Origin: Deferribacterales bacterium
GTDB taxonomy: Bacteria; Chrysiogenota; Deferribacteres; Deferribacterales; Geovibrionaceae
DNA length: 64,000 nt
NCBI GenBank assembly: GCA_050251945.1
Contig: JBFWLW010000006.1
Coordinates: 64,001-128,000 of the forward strand
Direction: 5' to 3'
A program made the translations under genes and the position numbers. Under the pieces are notes generated by a model. It saw nothing but the letters and a program-made list of their open reading frames with translations, had not been told where the DNA came from and ran no database searches. Of the stretch, positions 1 through 8,736 are shown one piece after another; the stretch's first letter is position 1, and the number at the start of each line of letters is the position of its first letter.

Positions 1-305
1 ATAATATTAAGTGTCTCGCCCAGATTGTCCGCTTCGCGGAACGCCGCAGTGGCAATGGCGCGTATCGTTTTGCACCCTTTGCTCTCGGCAAGACGCCTGA
101 CATTATTAAGTGTGTTTACAAGTATCTCTATAGTCTCTTTGGGAAAATAGCCGAGGGTATATATGGTGTCGCCAAGACGTATCATCTCTTTGTAATCTTC
201 AAGGACGCGGTAGCTTTTGTCCTTGACCTCGGAAATCTGCAGGCGGAGTGAATTGCTGCCTATGTCGGCAACCGCCACCCGAACGTTATCGTTTGATAAT
301 GCCAT
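1..305 (-). CDS. ppx: Ppx/GppA exopolyphosphatase, N-terminal part (runs off window)
   Basis: Hand translation from ATG at 305 gives MALSNDNVRVAVADIGSNSLRLQI...IRLGD...AIATAAFREA, the Ppx/GppA ASKHA motifs. AGGAG RBS upstream. Not in the ORF track. Confidence 0.9.
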   Translation of the reverse strand, partial: MALSNDNVRVAVADIGSNSLRLQISEVKDKSYRVLEDYKEMIRLGDTIYTLGYFPKETIEILVNTLNNVRRLAESKGCKTIRAIATAAFREADNLGETLNI

Positions 306-319
306 CAGTGCTCCTAAAT

Positions 320-400
320 GAGACTGCTTAGGGCACATGCCCTAGCAGAGACTAATATGAGGTTTCGTTTTCGCGAGGGCTTTATGCCCGGAGCGATCTC
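320..400. repeat. REP-like inverted dimer, copy 1
   Basis: GAGACTGCTTAGGGC..GCCCTAGCAGAGAC, spacer, GTTTTCGCGAGGGC..GCCCGGAGCGATCTC. Homologous to the copies at 5550, 14782 and 31591. Confidence 0.75.
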
Positions 401-419
401 ACATTTTATTACAAGTATA

Positions 420-1766
420 TCAAATTCCGAGGGATTTTTTAACCCGTTTCCTGCCTTTGCGGAATATTCTGATAAGCTCCACCGCCGTTTCCCTTTCCTG
501 CGCCTTTTTCAGCGTAAGCACTGCGAGGATATATCCGCAGGCTGTCAGCACCTTTGCGTCTTTTTCCTCATTCAGCCGTCCCTGCATGTGTGCGCACTGT
601 ACAGAAAGGTCGTTGTATCTGCCCAGACTGTCCTGCAAAGCCCTCAGGCGCGTAAGAACGTCCGCAGTTTTCTCCTCTTTAATAAAGAGAGCGAAAAACT
701 CTATGCAGTAACGCAGCTTTTTGAAAGCGATCCTCACCGAGTGTATCTGCTCGTCCGGTGTGTCGGCACCTACCCCGTCGGTGATGCTCTCCGCCAGACC
801 GAATATCTTGGCAAGCGCTTTGTTTGCCGCTTTTTTCGTATTCACAAATCCTTTGCGCCCTATATGAGCGCGGGAGGATATCAGCTTTTCCCAGCCAGCA
901 AGGTCTATGTTATACTCTTCGGATGTCAGGAAATTTTTCAGTTTTTCATAGCTTTCGTCACGTTCGCCTTTGAAATGTTCCCGCAGAGGCGCAAGCGCAT
1001 CCTTCATCTCGTCAGGAAGCAGTTCGTCATAACATTCAAGCTCTTCAAGATATACGTCCATATCTCTTGCCTTGCCGGTGTAGCCGCCGAGAGTGCGGAA
1101 AAAATTCTTATAGCGCGCTTCCTCCGCATCTTCGTAAACACCTTTCAGCATAGACATTGCAGACCTTGTTCTACGCACCGAAACACGGAAATCGTGCAGG
1201 AACTCCGCATCGTAACCGTTTATTATGCCGTCGGTGTTCAGCCTCATTATCTTTATCAGCTCCCCGTACACCGTTTCCATGGAATCGTGGAGCACAGCGG
1301 AGTCGTCCGCACGGCACTGAACACGCGTGGTGTAGCGCATCATGGGGTCGCCTTTGCGTTTCACATATGCCAAAAGCCCGCCGCCGAAACTTTTCAGTTC
1401 ATCCATGCAGTAGTGGAATGTAAATTCATCCTGCATCTCCGGTGTGTAAATAATGTATCCGTCGGGAAGCGTATAGAGGATGCCTTTGATTTCGTTTGCC
1501 GTGAATGAATGTACGATGATGCCGACAGACATCTTTTCAAAAAGGTGGCGTTTTTCCGATCGCACAGAACAGTCGCCGTTTTTAACATCAGCACTGCCGT
1601 TAAAGAACGCGGTATCTTTCCCGTCGCTGAAAAGCAGGCATCCGGCGCGGACGAGCAGCCACTCAAACGTGTCGTATATACTTATCGCAAGGTCTTTATT
1701 TTTTCTGTATCTGAGCCTGAACTTCCTGTCTGATAAAGGTTTAACGTCCGAAATATAATATGGCAT
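420..1766 (-). CDS. CHAD domain protein (polyphosphate-binding)
   Basis: LHDFRVSVRRTRS, HSVRIAFKKLRY and LQDSLGRYND CHAD motifs; lies between sixA and ppx. Confidence 0.9.
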   Translation of the reverse strand: MPYYISDVKPLSDRKFRLRYRKNKDLAISIYDTFEWLLVRAGCLLFSDGKDTAFFNGSADVKNGDCSVRSEKRHLFEKMSVGIIVHSFTANEIKGILYTLPDGYIIYTPEMQDEFTFHYCMDELKSFGGGLLAYVKRKGDPMMRYTTRVQCRADDSAVLHDSMETVYGELIKIMRLNTDGIINGYDAEFLHDFRVSVRRTRSAMSMLKGVYEDAEEARYKNFFRTLGGYTGKARDMDVYLEELECYDELLPDEMKDALAPLREHFKGERDESYEKLKNFLTSEEYNIDLAGWEKLISSRAHIGRKGFVNTKKAANKALAKIFGLAESITDGVGADTPDEQIHSVRIAFKKLRYCIEFFALFIKEEKTADVLTRLRALQDSLGRYNDLSVQCAHMQGRLNEEKDAKVLTACGYILAVLTLKKAQERETAVELIRIFRKGRKRVKKSLGI

Positions 1767-1768
1767 GA

Positions 1769-2224
1769 TTAAAGCAGAGCCTTCTGCTGTATAAGGTTCA
1801 CAAGGACGCTGTCGTCTATATGAGCTATGGAGCCTTTTTTAAGCTGAAGCCGCAATGCCTTTCCGCCCGTGATGAACGATATGACTTCCGAAAGATCCGG
1901 TTCGTGACCGACAACCGCCAGAGGCGATGCGTGACGCCAGTCGGAGATCGTCTCCAGATAATCCTTTATCTTTGCCCCGGGATTCAGCCGCTCTCTGATG
2001 TCATATTTGACGCCGCATATTTCTGATATTATGGATGCCGTTTCAACTGAGCGCACAGCGGCGGATGTCAGAACTGCCGCGGGTTTATCATATAAGTTAA
2101 AGAAACGGGTAAAGGCGCGTTTTGCCCTGACCTTTCCTTTTTCCGTCAGCGGACGGTCGAGGTCTCTGCCCTTGAACACCTCTCTGTCCTCTGCGTGACT
2201 GTGGCGAATCAGATAAACTATCAT
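1769..2224 (-). CDS. sixA: Phosphohistidine phosphatase SixA
   Basis: LIRHSHAE, DRPLTEKG and VVGHEP histidine-phosphatase motifs. Confidence 0.88.
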   Translation of the reverse strand: MIVYLIRHSHAEDREVFKGRDLDRPLTEKGKVRAKRAFTRFFNLYDKPAAVLTSAAVRSVETASIISEICGVKYDIRERLNPGAKIKDYLETISDWRHASPLAVVGHEPDLSEVISFITGGKALRLQLKKGSIAHIDDSVLVNLIQQKALL

Positions 2225-2321
2225 AGCTGTCCCCGCATTATGTTAATAATACAAGGATACCAGAGGGGACACCGTTATACAAGGACTGGGGTGTGTATTA
2301 ATGTCAGAAAAGTGTAAAAGA

Positions 2322-2549
2322 TTAAGACTGACAGGAGAGTCCGTAGCGGACATAGCTGCGCAGAGCGATAAGGGCAAGATCGGCGAATTTCCCGTCGCCG
2401 CTGTTAAGGGTTATCTGTTCCATGCTGTTAACGGTGAATTCGGCAACCACAGAGCCTTCGGCGTCTTTAACACTGCCTTTGCCGCCTGTTATGCGGACCT
2501 TCCAGCCCGCAAACTCTATATCGCCTGTTTCAAAACTTGAAATTTCCAT
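2322..2549 (-). CDS. Small hypothetical protein (75 aa)
   Basis: ORF with GGAG RBS, co-oriented with its neighbours, protein-like composition. Confidence 0.6.
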   Translation of the reverse strand: MEISSFETGDIEFAGWKVRITGGKGSVKDAEGSVVAEFTVNSMEQITLNSGDGKFADLALIALRSYVRYGLSCQS

Positions 2550-2564
2550 CCGTCAGCTCCGCGC

Positions 2565-2597
2565 AAAAAACGAAAACGGCGGTCGATGAAGACCGCC
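2565..2597 (-). terminator. Intrinsic terminator after satP
   Basis: Minus strand GGCGGTC-ttcatc-GACCGCC followed by GTTTTCGTTTTTT. Confidence 0.6.
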
Positions 2598-2631
2598 ATT
2601 ACCGTTTTGCTTTAACACCTTTGCAAAATTC

Positions 2632-3246
2632 TTACCCGATGGGCAGAACTGTTTTTTTGTAAACTTCGTTGAGAACCTGAGCCGCACCTGCATACATAGC
2701 AGAGAGACCGCAGAGAACGCCTTCAAATCCGGCGAATTTTTTGATGGATGCGCTTTCAAACATATCGCCTATGGCAAGAAGCATGAACAGTATCACAAGC
2801 AGGAAGAAAACAACCTGAAGAGCTTTGTTCAGCTTGAAAGTACCTATGAAAAGAATGAGAGAGAAGAAGCCCCACAGAAACAGATAAGCAGACATTGCCA
2901 CTGTGTCGGGTTTCTCAAATCCCATTTTAGGAAGGACTATTATACCAACGAGGGTAAGCCAGAAAAGTCCGTATGATGTAAAGGCTAATGTGCCGAATGT
3001 ATTTTTCTTTTTCCACTCCATCATGCCCACGATGATCTGTCCGAGACCGCCGTAGAAGATACCCATTGCAAGGATTCCGCTATCCATCGCAAAAAGACCG
3101 ATATTGTGCAGGTTAAGAAGAATGGTTGTCAGACCGAAACCCATAAGCCCGAGAGGAGCAGGATTTGCGGTTGTGTCTGCGAGAACTGTTTCCGCAATCT
3201 GTCCGATAGCCGCGTCTGTATTCACAGCTTCAACTTTGTTGCTCAT
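2632..3246 (-). CDS. satP: Acetate/succinate uptake transporter (GPR1/FUN34/YaaH family)
   Basis: ANPAPLGLMGFGLTT and NTFGTLAFTSYGLFW signatures; multiple hydrophobic segments; GGAGG RBS. Confidence 0.93.
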   Translation of the reverse strand: MSNKVEAVNTDAAIGQIAETVLADTTANPAPLGLMGFGLTTILLNLHNIGLFAMDSGILAMGIFYGGLGQIIVGMMEWKKKNTFGTLAFTSYGLFWLTLVGIIVLPKMGFEKPDTVAMSAYLFLWGFFSLILFIGTFKLNKALQVVFFLLVILFMLLAIGDMFESASIKKFAGFEGVLCGLSAMYAGAAQVLNEVYKKTVLPIG

Positions 3247-4170
3247 ATTCTACCTCCAAAGTGATAATGACTAATCATCAATAAACTTGCGTATTTTCCA
3301 GTTTATCAACCTTTGCTGATTTCTATATACAAACGGTTTTATGACAATGCAATAACTATTTATTCCGAGTGAACAAGGTTAATTAATGCTATATAGTTTA
3401 AGAACATAGTTCTATATTTACAGCATACGCTCTATTAATATTTAAATAAGGCTTTTACTGTATTGTTCAGCATACATTCATCTTTTTATGCACCGGAAAT
3501 GTCCCATTAAAATTACATTATGTTCTATTTTAATTTTTTTATGTCGGATGAAAAATTTTTGCTTACCGCTGACAAATTTTGTCATATGCAACCCTTATTC
3601 TGCGTATTTTACGCCTATAATGAATCTGTAAACACTAATGGTTAATCGAATCACCTTTAAAAGCCATTTGACAGGTTTTCTGTACAGCAGCGCAATAAAG
3701 TTGAGAGAATATATAGAGAATAGAACTATTAATAAAAAAATACAAAACTTTGTTTCTTTTACATTAATTTTGACAAAGCACGAGGCTGTTCTTATTCACA
3801 GTAAATGCTATATTTACAGCTATTATTGACCTACTTTAATGTTTATAACAGATTACTATTTATAACCATAGAAAAACAACAAAAGGTAAGCGGCCTTATT
3901 TTCCATGCTGATAATACACCAAAATGTTTACCAGTTATTACCGCCGTCAGAACGTATGGCAGTAATGATTAGTCAAAATACATGTTAATGATCGTATTAA
4001 CACAGATAAAACAAATTCAGGCATTTATTAAATCAGACTACTATCAGTCTCTTACATGCTTCCAACAGGGATTTTAAATTTAATATTTTTTTTGAAATTA
4101 AATTATCCTGCCATTCCAACCATTTCCGAATTTAAACAAATAAAGATTAGTTTGCGAAACATTATTTATG

Positions 4171-4199
4171 TTGACACCAAAATTAATTTACGAAATAAT
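4171..4199 (+). promoter_or_regulatory. Sigma-70 promoter of the leader peptide/SBP transcript
   Basis: TTGACA (4171-4176), 17 nt, AATAAT (4194-4199). The predicted +1 falls on the A of the ATG at 4206. Confidence 0.7.
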
Positions 4200-4205
4200 C
4201 TATCC

Positions 4206-4280
4206 ATGAATATGAACAGAACTTTCGCTGAAACCTCTTTTTTCTTTTTTGGTTTCTTTTGGTGCTCAGCCTTTGAGTAG
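4206..4280 (+). CDS. Phe/Trp-rich attenuator leader peptide (24 aa, MNMNRTFAETSFFFFGFFWCSAFE)
   Basis: 8 Phe and 1 Trp codons in 24, including FFFFGFFW. Directly followed by a terminator and an aromatic-acid-related gene cluster. Confidence 0.8.
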   Translation: MNMNRTFAETSFFFFGFFWCSAFE

Positions 4281-4308
4281 ACCGTGGAGTTCTGCACGAT
4301 AAGCTTGC

Positions 4309-4345
4309 AAAGGGCTGTGAGAACGAACTCACAGCCCTTTTTTTT
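4309..4345 (+). terminator. Attenuator terminator hairpin
   Basis: AAAGGGCTGTGAG-aacgaa-CTCACAGCCCTTT with an 8-T run (4338-4345), sitting in the 5' leader 43 nt before the SBP start. Confidence 0.88.
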
Positions 4346-4388
4346 GGCTTTAAATCAGTTCGGAAACATATATCGGAGGTATTTTAAG

Positions 4389-5501
4389 ATGAAGAAAACG
4401 GTAATTACGGTTCTTATGCTTCTTGTCTCGGTATGCGCCTACGCCGAGATAAAAATCGGTGCTCTTCTGGCGCTCTCAGGTCCTATCTCAAACCTTGGAA
4501 AGCCCGGTCAGGAGATCATCGACGGTGTCATCGCCGAGGCAAACAAAACGAAAATGCTGGGTGATAAGATAACTGTGGTAACATACGACACCCAGTCGCT
4601 CCCTGACAGGGCGCAGACATATGCAAAGAAGCTGATCGCCAAGGACAGGGTTGACGTTATAGTCGGTCCCAACGGAACCGGCGAGGCGCTCTCTGTTTTA
4701 GGCGAAGCGATGTCCTCCAAAACGCCGATGATGGCATTCGCCGGAGGAACATCAGTTGTAATGCCTGTCCGCCCCTACGTTTTCAAATCCCCCCAGACAA
4801 CCTCAACAGCAATCGAAAAAGCTTTCAACTATCTCAAGAAAAAAGGAATAACAAAAATTGCCGTCGCCGCTGACGCAACGGGTTTCGGTCAGGACGGTCT
4901 CGACCAGATAAACAAGTATTCCAAAGGTTTTACTATTACAGGCATTGAAAAGTTCAACGCAACCGACAACGACGTGACAACGCAGATGTCAAAACTGCTT
5001 GCCGCAAAACCGCAGGCGGTTGTGATATGGACAGTGGGCAGAGCAGGCGCGATAGCCGCAAAAAGCCTGCGCGCGCTTGATCCCAACATACTTATGGTTC
5101 AATCCCACGGCATAGCCGACAACTCTTACCTGAAACTTGCGGGAGCCGCCGCAGAAAACACCGTCATGCCCTCTGTTAAACTGACAGTGGCATCAAGCCT
5201 CCCCGCAAACGACCCCCAGAAAAAAACAATCGACGCATTCATCAAAAAGTACGGTAAACTCATAGACGAAACTTCCGTCCACGCGAGCTATGCTTACGAC
5301 GGTATCAACCTTGTCCTCGCCGCTCTGAAAAAAGCTAAGGCAGAGAAGATACCTCTTCAGCAGGCGATGGAGAAGATAACCAATTTCGTCGGTGTAACAG
5401 GCGTTTACAACATGAGCAAAACAGACCACTGCGGTCTTGACCTCTCTTCAATGGTCATCGTTAAGGTGAAAGACGGCAAATTCGTTCTGGAAGAGATGTG
5501 A
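4389..5501 (+). CDS. ABC-type periplasmic substrate-binding protein (LivJ/PBP1 fold; resembles aromatic-acid-binding subgroup), paralog 1
   Basis: Signal peptide MKKTVITVLMLLVSVCAYA; IKIGALLALSG, DVIVGP, YAYDG and DHCGL motifs. GGAGG RBS supports the start at 4389 rather than 4284. Confidence 0.88.
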   Translation: MKKTVITVLMLLVSVCAYAEIKIGALLALSGPISNLGKPGQEIIDGVIAEANKTKMLGDKITVVTYDTQSLPDRAQTYAKKLIAKDRVDVIVGPNGTGEALSVLGEAMSSKTPMMAFAGGTSVVMPVRPYVFKSPQTTSTAIEKAFNYLKKKGITKIAVAADATGFGQDGLDQINKYSKGFTITGIEKFNATDNDVTTQMSKLLAAKPQAVVIWTVGRAGAIAAKSLRALDPNILMVQSHGIADNSYLKLAGAAAENTVMPSVKLTVASSLPANDPQKKTIDAFIKKYGKLIDETSVHASYAYDGINLVLAALKKAKAEKIPLQQAMEKITNFVGVTGVYNMSKTDHCGLDLSSMVIVKVKDGKFVLEEM

Positions 5502-5534
5502 TTTAACTGGAATAACATGACTTAACATATTATA

Positions 5535-5645
5535 AAAGGTTACGGATATGAGACTGCTTCGTCCTTTCAGTCCTCGCAGAGACAAACACCAGTCTTCGCG
5601 AGGAGCACCAGCGACGCGGCGATCTAAATTCTGCCGTAACCTTTA
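5535..5645. repeat. REP-like inverted dimer, copy 2 (with extra flanking inverted repeat)
   Basis: GAGACTGCTTCGTC..CTCGCAGAGAC / GTCTTCGCGAGGAGC..GCGACGCGGCGATCT, enclosed by AAAGGTTACGG ... CCGTAACCTTT. Confidence 0.8.
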
Positions 5646-5659
5646 TTCCGGAGGAACAT

Positions 5660-6772
5660 ATGAAAAAAGTTCTCATAGCCGCATCTGTGCTTCTTCTAAG
5701 CATATCTGCATATGCAGAGGTGAAGATAGGTGCGCTGCTGGCTCTTACAGGTCCTATATCCAACATCGGCAAGCCTTCACAGGAGATACTGGAGGGCGTG
5801 ATAGCCGATGCCAACAAAGCGAACTTCATGGGCGAACCCATCACCCTTGCGGCATACGACACACAGGGGATGCCCGATAAAACAATGATGTTTGCCAAGA
5901 AATTAATAAACAAAGACAAGGTTGACGTTATAGTCGGTCCAACATCCACAGGCGAGGCAATGTCCGTTATCGGCACCATCATGGATGCCCGGACACCCAC
6001 AATGGGATTCGTCGGCGGCACGCCCCCTGTAGAACCTGTACGCCAGTACATGTTCAAGTCTCCCCAGAAAACATCCACAGCCGTTGAAAAAACTTTCGGC
6101 TACCTGAAAAAGAAGGGATGGACAAAGATAGGCGTTGTTGTGGACGCAACAGGTTTCGGTCAGGACGGACTTGACCAGATAAACAAATACGCCGCCGGAT
6201 TCACAATCACAGGCGTTGAAAAGTTCAACATGACAGACACCGACATGACGACCCAGATGAAAAAAATACTGGATACCAAACCTCAGGCGATTGTGGTGTG
6301 GACAGTGGGCAAAGCGGGTGCAGTAGCCGCGAAGAGCCTGCGCGCGCTGGATAATGACATCCCGCTGATCCAGTCACACGGCATAGCCGACTTCTCATAT
6401 ACAAAACTTGCAGGCGCTGCGGCGGAAGGTTCCATAATGCCGGCACTTAAGATAGTCGTCGCAAAACAGCTTCCCGCGAACGACCCCCAGAAAAAGGCAA
6501 TAGACCTTTTCAACAAACGCTACGGCAAACTGATAAATGAAACATCCGTACACGCAATTTACGCATACGACGGCATAAACCTGATGCTGAACGCTATGAA
6601 ACGTGCAAAAAACGAAAAGATAAGCATCGTTCAGGCGCTTGAGACAACAAAGAATTTTGCCGGAGCAACAGGCGTTTATAACATAACCAAAACAGACCAC
6701 TGCGGACTGGATATGTCCTCTCTGGTCATGGTCAGGGTTAAGAACGGTCAGTTTGTTCTTGAAGATATGTAA
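5660..6772 (+). CDS. ABC-type periplasmic substrate-binding protein, paralog 2
   Basis: Colinear with and highly similar to 4389-5501 (e.g. DATGFGQDGLDQINKY identical); signal peptide; GGAGG RBS. Confidence 0.9.
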   Translation: MKKVLIAASVLLLSISAYAEVKIGALLALTGPISNIGKPSQEILEGVIADANKANFMGEPITLAAYDTQGMPDKTMMFAKKLINKDKVDVIVGPTSTGEAMSVIGTIMDARTPTMGFVGGTPPVEPVRQYMFKSPQKTSTAVEKTFGYLKKKGWTKIGVVVDATGFGQDGLDQINKYAAGFTITGVEKFNMTDTDMTTQMKKILDTKPQAIVVWTVGKAGAVAAKSLRALDNDIPLIQSHGIADFSYTKLAGAAAEGSIMPALKIVVAKQLPANDPQKKAIDLFNKRYGKLINETSVHAIYAYDGINLMLNAMKRAKNEKISIVQALETTKNFAGATGVYNITKTDHCGLDMSSLVMVRVKNGQFVLEDM

Positions 6773-6777
6773 AACTC

Positions 6778-6807
6778 AACGAGGGAGGCATTCGCCTCCC
6801 TTGTTTT
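6778..6807 (+). terminator. Intrinsic terminator after SBP2
   Basis: AACGAGGGAGGC-attc-GCCTCCCTTGTT followed by TT. Confidence 0.6.
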
Positions 6808-6810
6808 AAG

Positions 6811-6902
6811 TCCCACTTTGTAAAAGGGGGATTTAGGGGGATTTTCTTTCCGGCTTTTCAATAACAAATCCACCCCGCCCCTCCTTTGTTAAAGGAGGGA
6901 GA
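6811..6902. repeat. Second REP-like inverted dimer (CCC..CTTT..AAAGGGGG type)
   Basis: The arm TCCCACTTTGTAAAAGGGGGATTTAGGGGGATTT faces the reverse complement of AAATCCACCCCGCCCCTCCTTTGTTAAAGGAGGGAGA; each arm carries its own hairpin. Confidence 0.55.
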
Positions 6903-6978
6903 AAATCAGCTTTTTTCTTTAAATTCTTATTTCATTAGTGTACTATCTCATTCTGTCATTAATTTTACGGTGATTCAG

Positions 6979-8736
6979 ATGGTAAACGGTTTTTTTCTTG
7001 GCAACGAACTGATTGCTCTTGCCGCTGTTGATTCGGGAGTCAAAAGCGCATACGCCTATCCCGGAACCCCTTCAAGCGAGATACTCTCCGCTTTTTCAAA
7101 ATTTGCGCCCGAGCGCTATGCCCAGTGGTCGCTGAACGAAAAGATAGCTCTTGAGCTTGCCGCGGGCGAAGCGATATCCGGTTCATACACACTCTGCTGT
7201 ATGAAGATGGTGGGACTGAACGTAGCCGCCGACCCGCTTTTCAGCGTGGCATATACCGGCGTCGCAGGCGCGATGGTGCTTGTTTCGGCGGACGACCCCG
7301 GACCCTACAGCAGCCAGACGGAACAGGACAGCCGCATGTATGCCGTCAGTGCGAAGGTGCCGGTTCTCGACCCCTGCAACCCTCAGGATGCGTACCGCCT
7401 GACAAGGCTCGCATATCAGATATCCGAAAAATACCGTCTTCCTGTAATGGTCAGACCCGTTATGCGTGTCTGCCACTCACGCCAGAATTTTATGGCTGGC
7501 GACGTTTCAGAGCAGCAATCCCGTGAAACGGTTCTGCATGGAACGTTTCAGAAAGATACTCCGCGCTGGGCGGCGACACCGAAGTTCCGCCGCATCCTCC
7601 ACGAAAAGCTCAACAAAAACCTTGATCTGCTCGCCGCAGAGATGGCGCCGAAAATACCGGAAAAAAGATACGACATGGCAGTTGTCGCCTCAGGCTATGC
7701 ATACGCCATGGCGAAAGACGTTATAAATGAGATGAACCTTCCGTTCGACATGATAAAGGTCGACATGCCCTTCCCTCTGGACAAACAGTTTGTCATCGAG
7801 GCGGAGATGGTATACGACCGCATCGTCGTTCTTGAAGAGACCTTCCCCGTTATCGAGCATAACTTCACAATAAAAACCGAGGGCAGGCTCACCGGACTTG
7901 TCCCCTCCGAAGGGGAGCTTACTGCGGACATCATCGCCGACATCCTGTTCAAAACGGCAGGAATGACCCGCGAAGTTGCAAATACCGGAATAAGCACATC
8001 CGAAACACCTGTTCAGCTTAAGCCGCGCCTCTGCGCGGGATGCGGGCACAGACCCGCTTTCTATGCCATGAAGCTTGCCGCTCCGAAGGGCATCTTCCCC
8101 GGCGATATAGGCTGTTACACCCTTGGCGTTAATCTGAACGCTGTCGATACATGCATCTGCATGGGCGCTTCCATCACTTTCGCGGAAGCCATGAAGCGCT
8201 CCAACCCCGACAAACCCGTGATATGCACAATAGGCGATTCAACTTTCTTCCACACCGGCGTCACGGGACTTACAAACGCCGTGGTCAACAGCGCGCCCAT
8301 AGTCGTGGCGGTGCTGGATAATGAAACCACAGCAATGACAGGCTTTCAGCCCGTTCCCCACAAAACTGGCAAACTCACTATTGAGCTGGCTTGTCAGGGC
8401 GCAGGCGTCAGATACATAGTAAAAGTTGACCCTTATAACCTGAAAAAAGGCGTGGAGGCTCTCAAGCAGGCGCTTGCATACGCGCACACTGACAATTCCC
8501 CTGCGGTGGTGATATTCACCAAAGAATGTGTTACCAAAACGCGGTACAAGAATAAAAAAATTGTTGAAATAAGCGATGCCTGCACCGACTGCTCCATATG
8601 CTATGAGAAGTTCGAGTGTCCGGCAATTTACAGAGACAAAGCGAAGCGCATGGCAAAGATAGACGAAACCGCGTGCGTGGGGTGTATGGTCTGCATTCAG
8701 GTATGCCCGCAGAAGGCCATAGGGGTGAAGAAATGA
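6979..8736 (+). CDS. iorA: Indolepyruvate/phenylpyruvate:ferredoxin oxidoreductase alpha subunit
   Basis: AYPGTPSSEI, NEKIALE, MKMVGLNVAAD, SSQTEQDSR, LCAGCGHR, GDIGCY, IGDSTFFH and a C-terminal ferredoxin domain. ATG at 6979 is in frame with the tracked ORF. Confidence 0.93.
   Translation: MVNGFFLGNELIALAAVDSGVKSAYAYPGTPSSEILSAFSKFAPERYAQWSLNEKIALELAAGEAISGSYTLCCMKMVGLNVAADPLFSVAYTGVAGAMVLVSADDPGPYSSQTEQDSRMYAVSAKVPVLDPCNPQDAYRLTRLAYQISEKYRLPVMVRPVMRVCHSRQNFMAGDVSEQQSRETVLHGTFQKDTPRWAATPKFRRILHEKLNKNLDLLAAEMAPKIPEKRYDMAVVASGYAYAMAKDVINEMNLPFDMIKVDMPFPLDKQFVIEAEMVYDRIVVLEETFPVIEHNFTIKTEGRLTGLVPSEGELTADIIADILFKTAGMTREVANTGISTSETPVQLKPRLCAGCGHRPAFYAMKLAAPKGIFPGDIGCYTLGVNLNAVDTCICMGASITFAEAMKRSNPDKPVICTIGDSTFFHTGVTGLTNAVVNSAPIVVAVLDNETTAMTGFQPVPHKTGKLTIELACQGAGVRYIVKVDPYNLKKGVEALKQALAYAHTDNSPAVVIFTKECVTKTRYKNKKIVEISDACTDCSICYEKFECPAIYRDKAKRMAKIDETACVGCMVCIQVCPQKAIGVKK

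Noticed and set aside
318..1508. 396-aa plus-strand ORF
   Set aside because: Antisense shadow of the CHAD gene; it starts inside a REP copy and has no recognisable motifs.
3298..3310. 13-bp match (CCAGTTTATCAAC) to the right end of the MITE-like element
   Set aside because: No partner end or target duplication was found; likely coincidence.
3638..3829. 63-aa ORF in the AT-rich intergenic region
   Set aside because: No RBS or motif; its length is compatible with chance.
4056..4205. N-terminal 50 codons of the tracked 74-aa ORF 4056-4280
   Set aside because: They lie upstream of or across the predicted promoter; only the part from ATG 4206 (or 4212) fits a leader peptide.
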